From assembly GCA_043819555.1 (NCBI GenBank), contig JBDREQ010000033.1:1-37658 (forward strand): DNA of 37,658 bases, read 5' to 3'. Below are positions 1 to 9,500 of the stretch, in pieces. Under the pieces are notes generated by a model. The model did no database searches, was not told the origin of the DNA, and worked only from the letters and a program-made list of their open reading frames with translations. The stretch is from Candidatus Zixiibacteriota bacterium (GTDB taxonomy: Bacteria; Zixibacteria; MSB-5A5; GN15; JAAZOE01). The translations under genes were made by a program, and so were the position numbers. Within the stretch, counting starts at the first letter, position 1. The number at the start of each line of letters is the position of its first letter.

Positions 1-95
1 GTTGATGCGATTTGCCTGATCGAGCAGCCCGAGGCTGATAATCTGGAAATCTCACACCGCTCTTCAAGGTTAAATTGTTTGTATCTATGTCCCAT
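1..95 (-). CDS. IS30-family transposase, N-terminal fragment (runs off the window edge)
   Basis: Not in the ORF track. Manual translation from ATG at 95 gives MGHRYKQFNLEERCEISRLSASGCSIRQIAS, matching the IS30 N-terminal HTH pattern (Y-x-x-L/F-x-x-EER-x-x-I...G-x-S-x-R-x-IA). Confidence 0.85.
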   Translation of the reverse strand, partial: MGHRYKQFNLEERCEISRLSASGCSIRQIAS

Positions 96-136
96 AACAC
101 CTCTACGAGGTGTTGCACTTCGTTTGTGAACTTAGG
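1..136 (-). mobile_element. IS30-family insertion sequence, left end with terminal inverted repeat at ~109-136
   Basis: The minus strand reads CCTAAGTTCACAAACGAAGTGCAACACC just upstream of the transposase ATG. The GAAGTGCAACACC core resembles IS30-family ends as I recall them. Exact end is uncertain by 2-3 nt. Confidence 0.75.
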
Positions 137-218
137 GCATCCACGCGGAGTTTACATCATGATAAAAAGTTAGGAGTTCTTCATAGGCTGTATGGATTCC
201 CGCTTCCGCGGGAATGAC
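135..218. repeat. Truncated REP-doublet (REPIN/MITE-like) element, copy A
   Basis: Half-REP gggcatcc at 135, then a spacer, then a full REP tggattcccgcttccgcgggaatgac (193-218). Aligns without gaps to the reverse complement of 30813-30878 (46/66 by hand count). Confidence 0.8.
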
Positions 219-237
219 ACAGGTGGGGATTGTCTTT

Positions 238-266
238 GGCAGGAGCCCTTTGGGCTCCTGCCCTGC
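238..266. repeat. GTAG-type REP-like palindrome
   Basis: ggcaggagccc-ttt-gggctcctgcc is a perfect 11-bp stem followed by ctgc. Related to the copies at ~28966 and ~29239. Confidence 0.75.
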
Positions 267-371
267 AAGAGAAATAAAGGATTGTTGTAATGCGTTGGAT
301 ATTTGATGAATAAATTAAAAAAAGGCTGGTTTGGGTGGGCCCGCCTGTGGGAAATAACAGTTATTTTAAGC

Positions 372-396
372 GCAGATGTGGACATTTGCCGCCCAC
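372..396. repeat. GTGG/GTGA-type REP-like palindrome
   Basis: gcagatgtggacatttgccgcccac resembles gcagacggggacgtctgccgctcac at 28201-28225. Confidence 0.6.
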
Positions 397-402
397 ATAG
401 TT

Positions 403-434
403 AAAAAAAAAGGCGGGCTCAAAGTGAACCCGCC
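403..434 (-). terminator. Rho-independent terminator of the pilin cluster
   Basis: The minus strand reads GGCGGGTTCA-CTT-TGAGCCCGCC then T9, 26 nt after the pilX stop. Confidence 0.85.
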
Positions 435-460
435 AAATGTATAAATAATAGCCTTGGTAT

Positions 461-1630
461 TTATAATTCGCGCCAGGCGAAGGCCTCATAATCATCGACG
501 GATTTTCTTTGCAGGTTTGCAAGGTCGCGATCATAATGAAAGCAGGCACCTTTATCCAGTTTAATTGAATTACCTACTAATGAGCCGTATACCTGAGTCG
601 TTTGATCATACTGAATGTGTGCGTCGGTTCCATAAAACGCTCCGTTGAAGATATTTCCCTGGTCAAATTGCAAAAGAGGTCCATTTGAGAAAAATAGGGC
701 ATCAGACGGTTTACCGGTTTCATTAAAGACGGAGTTTTGGGCAAAGTGGACAGTACCGGTAACATAAATAGTAACCTGTGCGCCAGCGGCAAGAGAAATA
801 CGGGAATCCTGCCCGAGAGTAATATCATCAAAGAAATAGACGCCACTCTGTAATACAATATCACCGGAAGAACCAAGCGTCAAATCCTTGGTGCCGTTGT
901 TATAGTTAAAATTGCTTCCCGATATACCGGTCATGGCAATGCTGTTTGATTCCGCCCAACTGTATTCGGAAGCCGGAATTATATCCAGATTAACTGAGTC
1001 TGCATTAGAAGTAGTGTCGCCATTAATAGTATTACCGGGACCTAATGAAATACCTCCGGCAGTTGCAACCGATATGCCACCGCCAAAAGTTACGCCTTTG
1101 CTGGAGCTGACGGTGCCGTTGGAACCAATATCAGCCATTGAGTCCAGGATTGTTGCTGCATAAGTCCCTGAATCAGAATTGTAAGAATCGGTGCAAGTAT
1201 TTCGGTCCAAAATAATCGAGCTATCGCCAAACATGGCATGAATAAATGGATACGTGACTGTCGGCGTCATAAGTACTTCAATATTGGTGACGCCGTCTTT
1301 AAATGTTCCAGTTGCGGTAATAAGAATTGTATCAGCCAATAATGAATCGGCGGCGCTGTCTTCCACAACCACAGTGTAAACACCGTTAGCCAAAGCTATG
1401 TCAGCATATCCGGTGCGCCAGGTGAAGTCGTCAACAACTTCTAAAATGGCCCGTTTGGCACCGGCATCGGCGATATAGAATGATTTATCGGTTTCGACCT
1501 GATACCCGGATAATTCTATATCGGTGTTGGATGTCTGCACCGCCAACATACCGATAATAGTCAGCATGGCGAGCAAGCTTAGCGATATAAACAGCGCTCC
1601 GCCACGATTATTCTTAATTATATTTATCAT
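461..1630 (-). CDS. PilX-like minor pilin with a large C-terminal beta-rich domain
   Basis: Class III signal NNRG|GALFISLSLLAMLTIIG lacking Glu5, a PilX-type 'SFYIADAG' motif, a Gly/Ser/Asn-rich beta region and a C-terminal 'AWRE'. Last gene of the pilin cluster. Confidence 0.8.
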   Translation of the reverse strand: MINIIKNNRGGALFISLSLLAMLTIIGMLAVQTSNTDIELSGYQVETDKSFYIADAGAKRAILEVVDDFTWRTGYADIALANGVYTVVVEDSAADSLLADTILITATGTFKDGVTNIEVLMTPTVTYPFIHAMFGDSSIILDRNTCTDSYNSDSGTYAATILDSMADIGSNGTVSSSKGVTFGGGISVATAGGISLGPGNTINGDTTSNADSVNLDIIPASEYSWAESNSIAMTGISGSNFNYNNGTKDLTLGSSGDIVLQSGVYFFDDITLGQDSRISLAAGAQVTIYVTGTVHFAQNSVFNETGKPSDALFFSNGPLLQFDQGNIFNGAFYGTDAHIQYDQTTQVYGSLVGNSIKLDKGACFHYDRDLANLQRKSVDDYEAFAWREL

Positions 1631-1645
1631 AACGAATCCTTTTCA

Positions 1646-2218
1646 TTACAACGTCATGTTATGAATTAAAACCCTCTCGGCGGAGGTATAAATCCGGTAA
1701 CCCTCATTATCCTGATAATCCAGATCGGGATTTTCGGATTGAACTTTGACAACAACTTCTATAGTATTGGCGGTTACTGCCGTAAAATCGATATCATTGA
1801 TGAAGTCAGAAAATATTTCAGCGGCCCCGCTATTGACCTTCTTCATCAGCTTTTTGGGGTGTAATGGTTCGCGCAACTTTGCAATGGCCGGATATTCATA
1901 GGTGGTGTAAGGCTGAAGGTAATATATAATCGTATCGACCGGCTGGGTAATGCTGGTGAAGACATAAAGACTATCGCCCACAATGGCGTAAGAATCATGC
2001 GCTCCGACTTTGTATCCGGCGGTGCGAAGAGCCTTGACTATTTCCTGAAGACTGGCGCGGCTGTTCTGCTGCATATCGGAAATGTTTCCCTGAGCCAAAG
2101 TTTGTCCCTGCACTTTTATATAAAAATTAAAAGCAGCGGCTGAAACGATGCCAGTTATCAGTAAGGCTATTAAAACTTCAGCGACCGTAGTTCCTCTGGA
2201 ATTTGTTATTTTTTTCAT
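1646..2218 (-). CDS. PilW-like minor pilin (prepilin N-methylation domain)
   Basis: NSRG|TTVAEVLIALLITGIV with Glu5 and a PilW-type 'MQQNSRASLQEIVKALRTAGY' helix. ATG at 2218 preferred over TTG at 2227 on RBS spacing. Confidence 0.8.
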   Translation of the reverse strand: MKKITNSRGTTVAEVLIALLITGIVSAAAFNFYIKVQGQTLAQGNISDMQQNSRASLQEIVKALRTAGYKVGAHDSYAIVGDSLYVFTSITQPVDTIIYYLQPYTTYEYPAIAKLREPLHPKKLMKKVNSGAAEIFSDFINDIDFTAVTANTIEVVVKVQSENPDLDYQDNEGYRIYTSAERVLIHNMTL

Positions 2219-2234
2219 ATCCTTCAAACCTCGG

Positions 2235-2696
2235 TTATTGGAATATATATGTGCTCGATGACGATGAACGATTCAGATTCTGGTGATCCAGCCAGGAAAC
2301 CGCGACCGTTATCTGGACCAGCCCGGCGGGAATAAGAGAATCAGTGGTGTTGTCTTCCATCACAACCGTTCGCGTGAATACTCCGGGGTCGCCCGATGAA
2401 TAGCCGGTACAAATTGTATCGCGGCCCATTTCATTTTGGCCGACTTCGCCTCGCTCCCAGACAACCAGATCGGCGTCTTTAAAAGGCAGAGCAGGCAAAG
2501 GGTCCATTCCTTCGTAAAGCTCAATTTTTTCTTTGATGAGATTGGTTACGAACGAATTATCGCGGGCAATTACATTACCCTTGACAGAAAGGATAAACAT
2601 TGGCGTCAAACCCAATACTCCACAGCCCAGGATTAGAATCGCAATCATGACTTCGAGTAAACTCACGCCTTTTTCATTTTTTATCAGCTTCGACAT
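2235..2696 (-). CDS. PilV-like minor pilin
   Basis: NEKG|VSLLEVMIAILILGCGVLGL and a C-terminal 'VQITVAVSW'. GAGGA lies upstream of the ATG at 2696, so this start is preferred over 2711. Confidence 0.8.
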   Translation of the reverse strand: MSKLIKNEKGVSLLEVMIAILILGCGVLGLTPMFILSVKGNVIARDNSFVTNLIKEKIELYEGMDPLPALPFKDADLVVWERGEVGQNEMGRDTICTGYSSGDPGVFTRTVVMEDNTTDSLIPAGLVQITVAVSWLDHQNLNRSSSSSTYIFQ

Positions 2697-2727
2697 AGAT
2701 TTATTCCTCATTTTCAGAAGTTATATG

Positions 2728-2743
2728 TACAGATTTCATGCCG
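2728..2743 (-). promoter_or_regulatory. Putative sigma54 (-24/-12) promoter for the pilin cluster
   Basis: The minus strand reads CGGCATGAAATCTGTA, i.e. GG-N10-GT against consensus TGGCAC-N5-TTGC (GC to GT deviation at -12), about 30 nt upstream of the pilV start. Confidence 0.45.
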
Positions 2744-2852
2744 CTTTGTGATATATTGGGAAAGAGGCACAATAAGACTTGTATCTTATTGTAATAAAAA
2801 TAGATATGATTAGTTGGCGATCCCGGTTAGGGCCGGTTATTTTGGTAAATTT

Positions 2853-2890
2853 TATGGGTAAAAGGCAATAATTATAGGGTGATTCCCATA
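2853..2890. promoter_or_regulatory. Two tandem 18-bp palindromic sites TATRGG-N6-CCYATA (candidate enhancer/UAS)
   Basis: tatggg-taaaag-gcaata (2853-2870) and tatagg-gtgatt-cccata (2873-2890), 20 bp apart. A close match occurs at 35834. Confidence 0.55.
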
Positions 2891-2924
2891 GTTCGTGGTA
2901 ACCATCATGCACTTTTGTTAAAGA

Positions 2925-2953
2925 TTGACTTAAGGGTAATCCAGAATTAGGTT
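2925..2953 (+). promoter_or_regulatory. sigma70-type promoter for recG (probably leaderless mRNA)
   Basis: TTGACT-N17-TAGGTT ends 6 nt before the ATG at 2960. No SD visible. Confidence 0.55.
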
Positions 2954-2959
2954 ATCCTG

Positions 2960-5043
2960 ATGGCGAAGCTGGAATTTACAACCGATATTCAATTTCTTAA
3001 AGGCGTTGGCCCCAGGCGGGGAGAAGTTCTTAAGGCACACGGGATCGATACTGTCGGGAAACTGCTCTACTATTTCCCTCGCAAATATATCGATCGTTCC
3101 GAAGTCGATACTATCGGGTCTCTTCAGGAAAACGATTATAAGACAGTCATCGGGAAAGTTCTTACCAAGGGCTTACTCAAGGGTGGCAAGACGCGGCTGG
3201 AAGTTATTATCGGCGATGAAACCGGGCACTTGTCGCTTATGTGGTTCGCCGGATATCGATATCTGGAGAAGCAATTCCAAAAGGGCGATCTGCTGGCCGT
3301 GACCGGAACGGTTACATATTTTCAGGGGAATCAGATGCTCCATCCCGAGTATGAGTTTATCGGTGGGGAAGGCGATGAGCAGATTCATACGGGCCGAATC
3401 GTTCCGATTTATCATGGCACGGCAGAGTTGAATAAAGTCGGATTGACATCCCGGACAATTCGCAAATTGATTAAGACGGCGCTGATCTCTCTTGAAGAAA
3501 ATATTAAAGAATATTTACCGAATGAAATCATTCAAGCTGAAAAATTGAAATGTCTGCCCGAGGCCATTGAAAATATTCATTATCCTGAGGATGCTAAATC
3601 GGCCCGGTCGGCGAGACAGCGGTTGGCTTTTGATGAACTTCTGTTTGTGCAATATTTGATATATAATCGCAAGGCCAAATATAAAGAAAAGGAAAAATCC
3701 AAACCATGCGCCCGCCCGGGTAAATTATTTACTCAAATCCTCGACGGCTTGCCCTTTCAGCTAACGCCGGGACAGAAAGGCAGTCTTGATGATATCGTAA
3801 ACGATATGACTTCGAAAAAATCGATGAATCGTTTGCTGCAAGGGGATGTCGGGTCGGGCAAAACCGTTGTGGCAATTCTGGCGGCGGTTCTGGCGGTCGA
3901 AAACGGCGGTCAGGCGGCGGTCATGGCTCCGACTGAAATATTGGCATCCCAGCATTATTCGGGATGGAAAGAGATTCTGGATGCATGCGGGATTAAATCC
4001 GGTCTTCTGATCGGTTCGATCAAAAGCAAAGAAAAAAAAGAGATTATCGGCGTTCTGGAATCGGGGGAGATTGATATTATTTTCGGAACGCATGCGATTA
4101 TCAGTAAAGCGGTCACTTTTTCCAATCTGCGTTTGGTTGTCATTGATGAGCAGCATCGATTTGGCGTAATGCAGAGAAGCAAGCTGGCCGACAAAGGGGA
4201 CATGCCGGATCGCCTGGTGATGACGGCAACACCTATCCCGAGAACGCTGGCAATGACGCTATATGGCGATTTAGATGTATCCACCATTCCTGATTTGCCT
4301 CCGGGGAGAAAACCGGTCAAGACAGTTTGGCGGTTCGCTTCAAAAATTGGTGAGATTTATAGATACATCGATGCGGAATTAAATAAGGGCAATCAGGCTT
4401 TTGTTATTTATCCTCTGGTTGAGAAATCAGAGAAGATGGATTTGCAGGCCGCCGAAGAGGGGTATAAAGAACTCGTCGAACTATTGCCGCATCGAAAAAT
4501 CGGTCTGGTCCACGGGCGGATCAAAGCGGATAAGCGGGACAAAACAATTGACGACTTTCATGGTGGAAAGCTTGATATTTTGGCGGCGACAACTGTAATT
4601 GAAGTCGGTATTGATATTCCCAATGCCAATATACTGGTGATCCAGCATGCCGAGAGGTTTGGGTTATCGCAGCTTCATCAAATGCGGGGGCGAGTCGGCC
4701 GCGGCGAACGGCAGGGATTGACCGTGGCGGTGGCGTATAAGCCAATGTCGGATATTGGGCGCAAGCGTTTGGAATATTTCACATCAACAACTGACGGCTT
4801 TAAGATTGCTGAGGCTGATTTGGAGTTGCGAGGTCCGGGCGAATTTTTGGCACTCGGCAGCATGGTTTGCCCGAGTTTCGAGTCGCCAATCTGGTATTGG
4901 ATCAGGAACTGCTTGTCGCGGCCCGCAAATGGGCGGAAAGTCTGTACCGTAATCGCCATGATAAAGAAAATGAAATACGATTTTTATTGAACCATGCCGC
5001 CGTTTTTTCTAATATGAAGCCGGAATTGGTGGATGTCGCTTAA
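2960..5043 (+). CDS. recG: ATP-dependent DNA helicase RecG, with an apparent 1-nt deletion at 4844-4848
   Basis: Motifs LLQGDVGSGKT, DEQH, MTATPIPRTL, QMRGRVGR and DLELRGPGE. Adding one T to the T5 run restores FFGTRQHGLPEFRVANL and reads on to TAA at 5041-5043. Confidence 0.95.
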
Positions 5044-5064
5044 TAAAGTAATTGGGAGTATAAT

Positions 5065-5430
5065 ATGACGGACGAGACCAAAACAATTAATCCTCTGTTT
5101 CTGCAACTGGTAATTTCATTACAGTCGGCTGCCTGGTATCAGATGGGAAAAACAATCTCGCCGGTTTCGGGTAAGATTGAGAGGGATTTGATCCAGGCCA
5201 AAGTTTCAATAGATCTACTGAACATGCTTCAGGAAAAAACAAAGGGGAATTTGCTTGACGAAGAACAGAAGATCCTTGATTCAATGGTGTATAATCTTCA
5301 GATGAATTATATTGATGAGTTGGAAAAAGACAAAAAAGAGCCCAAGGCACAAGGGAATAATTCGCCGGACGATAAAGCATCTGAAGAAAAGAGCAAAAAT
5401 CCCGGAACCGAAACGCCAGAAGATAAGTAA
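5065..5430 (+). CDS. DUF1844 domain protein
   Basis: The motif 'AKVSIDLLNMLQEKTKGNLLDEEQKIL...LQMNY' is typical of DUF1844. GGGAG RBS present. Confidence 0.8.
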   Translation: MTDETKTINPLFLQLVISLQSAAWYQMGKTISPVSGKIERDLIQAKVSIDLLNMLQEKTKGNLLDEEQKILDSMVYNLQMNYIDELEKDKKEPKAQGNNSPDDKASEEKSKNPGTETPEDK

Positions 5431-5515
5431 ACTATTAAAAACAACCGCTTAAATATGCCGAAACGGCTTGATTATTTCCATCCTATAAGTATATTTTAAT
5501 GGGGAAGATATTGAT

Positions 5516-6442
5516 ATGAACCGATCGGATAAATATATACAATTTGTTGATACCTTTGGGCGATCGGTCAGGGAAAACGAAATAATGTCCTCGTACACAA
5601 CGTTCAGGACGGGAGGACAAGCGGATTTATTTATAGACGCTTCGGATACTGATAGCCTGTCACGAGCCATAATACTCGCGAGAAGATTATCGATTCCATA
5701 TTTTGTGATTGGTCAGGGAAGTAACCTGCTGGTCAGTGATACCGGTTTTCGAGGGTTAATAATCCGGAACTGCATCCGGCGCATTGAGGTACAAAGTAAT
5801 GATATAATCGCCGGGGCTGGAGAGATGCTCGATAAGATTGTTGATTTTTCGGCCGAATGTTCTTTGACAGGATTTGAATTTGCAGCCGGAATTTGGGGCA
5901 CGATCGGCGGCGCGATTTATGGCAATGCCGGGGCTTACGGAAGCAATGTCGGGAAAATACTGAAATCCGCGGAAATAATGGATGACAAAGGTAATCTAAG
6001 AACTATATCCGGAGATGAACTTGGATTTTCGTATCGGCATTCACGATTGAAGGAAACCAACGATTTGATAATCTACGCGACTTTTGGCCTTACTTCAGGG
6101 AATAAGGATGATATCACGGGCAAAATTCAGGAAATCCGGAATGATCGATTGCGGAAACACCCATCCGAAACCTGCAGCGCCGGTTGCTTCTTCAAGAATG
6201 TCGAAGACGCTTCGCAGCCTCATGGAAAATTACCGGCAGGAAAGCTCCTTGATGATATTGGGGCGAAAGAGATGACCTGCGGAGGGGCGGGCGTGTTTGA
6301 AAGGCACGCCAATATTATAATAAATAAGGGAAACGCAACGTCAAAAGATATCAGGCAACTGGCCGATAAATTGAAAAGAGCGGTCAAAATGAAATTTGGT
6401 ATTGATTTGCAGGAAGAAGTTATTTGTCTGGGAGATTTTTGA
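5516..6442 (+). CDS. murB: UDP-N-acetylenolpyruvoylglucosamine reductase
   Basis: Motifs TTFRTGG, IGQGSNLL, GIWGTIGGAIYGNAGAYG, FSYRHS, SAGCFFKN, HANIIIN and LQEEV. Confidence 0.95.
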   Translation: MNRSDKYIQFVDTFGRSVRENEIMSSYTTFRTGGQADLFIDASDTDSLSRAIILARRLSIPYFVIGQGSNLLVSDTGFRGLIIRNCIRRIEVQSNDIIAGAGEMLDKIVDFSAECSLTGFEFAAGIWGTIGGAIYGNAGAYGSNVGKILKSAEIMDDKGNLRTISGDELGFSYRHSRLKETNDLIIYATFGLTSGNKDDITGKIQEIRNDRLRKHPSETCSAGCFFKNVEDASQPHGKLPAGKLLDDIGAKEMTCGGAGVFERHANIIINKGNATSKDIRQLADKLKRAVKMKFGIDLQEEVICLGDF

Positions 6443-6504
6443 CAAAGGAGGTATATATAGCGACTTGATAATTAGATAAACTTAACGCCTTGATTTTTTG
6501 ATTA

Positions 6505-9500
6505 ATGATTAAAAGGCTCAACAAATTAATAATTAGTATTATCCCTGTTATTTTGGGAGTTTTGTGTTTGTGCGTTGCAGCGCAGGCCGCTCCTCCTCAA
6601 TTCCGAGGGTCCTTAAGATATCCGACCAATATGTTCGCGCCCTTCCCGGAAGGAAGATCTCCTGAATTCCGGAAGCGTTTAGTCGCGACAATATCACCTG
6701 CAGACAATGTATTATTGATGAATTTACGTTTTGGGAAACAATACGAATTTGAATATGATCTATCAGATTTTTCCGTTACATATACAAAATTACTGCGGGA
6801 TAATAGTAAACTGACTCCGGTTACTTCCGAATATGGCATCTTTGTTACCCGGCGACTTGAATCGAATTTGGGTGAACTGAGATATGAATCTACCCGAGGT
6901 TCATTGGCTAAGGACCAGCGCAACAAGGCGGGCGGATTATTCCAGATCAGTATTCCTATCCCTTCCCGAGCTTTTGAATCAATTTTCGGAGAGGGCGGAG
7001 CCAGTCTCAAAGTATCCGGGTATCGAAAAATCTCATTTTTAGGCCGCTCGACATGGACAGATAAGCCGCAGACGGCATTTAATCGACAATCAAAATTCCC
7101 TACATTACAGATGGAGCAAATCTATCGCTTTGATATTGAAGGAACGATCGGTTCAAAAATCAGCGTCAAGGTCAGTCAGGATTCTCGCAACGATATTCCT
7201 CTGGCGAATAAGCTGATTCTTAGATACCGCGGTCATGACGATGATGTACTGCAGACTATTGAAGCGGGAAATACGACGTTAAATTTACCCTCGACGAAGT
7301 TTCTTGCTTATTCATCCAGAGTTCAAGGTTTATTCGGAATTAAGGCAACTGCCCAACTGGCGGATTTATCCATTACCGCGATTGTATCCCAGGAGAAAGG
7401 AACAACAGAATCAATCGAAATCTCCGCCGGGGGATCGTCGTCGGCAACAAAAATAATTAAGGATATTGAGTACAAAAAAAATACGATATTTGATTTGGGC
7501 CGCAAACCCCTGATACGATCCTTATCGGATAATCTCCCCGAACCGGACAAATATGATTTTGCGCCCAGGGATTCCATTACCAAAATAATAGTGTACGTTG
7601 ATGACAATACCAATGATGATACTCAAAGGTTTTCTCGCCAATTTGGAATTTGCTATATCGATCCGCAGGATACCACATCTGATGATCCTACAGGAGTCGA
7701 GTACCGCAAAGAAGGTTATTTTGAGGTGATGGAAGAAATCGATTATTTCATGAACCCGACGGAACATTATATCCATTTCATACGCCGGAGTTTGGATACC
7801 AGGGATTTAATGGCAGTTTATATGGAAATTTATCGGTCCGCAACTGGGTTGATCGATACGATTGGAAGTGTAAGCGATACGTTAAGGTTGAAATTGATAA
7901 AACCGGTTAGTATTACGACCGCCAATCATCATGTCTGGGAATATCAATGGAAGAATGTCTATTCTCTGGGCGGTACTAACTTGGAACTCAGCGAAATCGA
8001 TGTCAATATATATAAAGGTAATCCGGTTGGAGGGGCGGTCGATCCGGATGATCTCCCCAATCAGGATGGCATACCGTACCTGCAGATTCTAGGACTTAAT
8101 CGCGGAGATAATTTTGGCAACAAACCCCTGGATGAAGATATTGATCGAGCAGTTTATATCGATGAAATACTGGGTCTTTTATTCTTCCCAACACGCCATC
8201 CATTTAATTCACGATTTGTTCTCGATACTCTCGGAGATACGTTGGTATATGTCCCCGGCGGGGAAATCCCCGCCAATTCAATTGCTTTGAAGGATTCGAT
8301 TCCTGAGATATATAACAGTCCCCAGATAGGTATTCAACAGCAATCGTCGGGTTATTATATGGCGGTTTCCACCAAGGGACGCGGGCAATCGGAGATTTCA
8401 CTCAATGCCGCGAATATTATTGAGGGATCGGAAGTTGTTACATGGAACGGCCAACGGCTTACCCGGGGGACAGATTATCGTATCGATACTGATTTTGGGC
8501 GCTTAACGCTACTCGATGAAAAGTACACGGATATTAATTCCAATCTGTCGATAATGTTTGAAAAAGCGCCTTTCTTTTCATTGGCCAAGAAATCTCTGTT
8601 TGGAACGCGCATCGAGTACGCTCCGAGCAACGATTTCAAAGCGGGGGCGACGGTCTTATATAAATCTGATAAATCGACGAATCGCAAACCAAAGGTCGGT
8701 GAAGAAACATCGAAAACTCTGGTCTGGGACGCCGATTTAAGATATCGGTTTGAAAATCAGTTAATCACCAAAGCTCTGAATGTGCTTCCGTTTTTTTCAT
8801 CGGAATCACCCTCCAATATGCAAATCTCGGCCGAATTGGCTCAATCGCGGCCGAATCCCAATGTTGATGGGCAGGTTTATATTGACGATTTTGAAGGCAG
8901 TCGCGATAATTTTTCTCTCGGCATTTTCCGGGGGATTTGGCGCCATGCTTCAAAACCGGTGCAGATTGATGATTCGTTGAATATTCGGGGAAAGGTCGCA
9001 TGGCATAATCCCAAAGAGCAAATATCCATAAATGAAATTTATCCTCAAAGAGATATCGGTACCGGAGAGCAAGCGGGTACTAACATTCTCGAAATTCAAT
9101 ACAAACCGGTTGATTATTATATACGAGAAAGCGCTGTGGATTCGGCCGCGATTGATACTCTGCCAGTCGAACCAGAGCTGACCTGGAACGGCTTTATGCG
9201 CAATATTCCGGAAGGCGCCGTGTCACAGCTAACTCACGCTCAATTGTTGGAAATGCGCATAAAGGGCGACGTTGGAATTATGCATATTGATCTGGGGCGT
9301 ATCACTGAAGATATCAACGGTGATGGCAGACTAACCGATGAGGATAGAGATGGGCTAAAGTTTCTGGATGAAGGCGAAGATGTTGGTATTGATGGCAATC
9401 CCGATGCGGCGGAATTAGGATATGATCCGGATAATGGCATTACCGATCCGGCCGGGGATAATTTTAATAATGATGATATTTGGCGGATTAATGGAACCGA

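Noticed and set aside
170..385. Short ORFs over repeat regions (170-385, 29004-29219, 29143-29373, 30744-30929)
   Set aside because: They translate REP palindromes (e.g. VSFPRKRES, VIPAKAGIQ), and I recognise no protein family in them.
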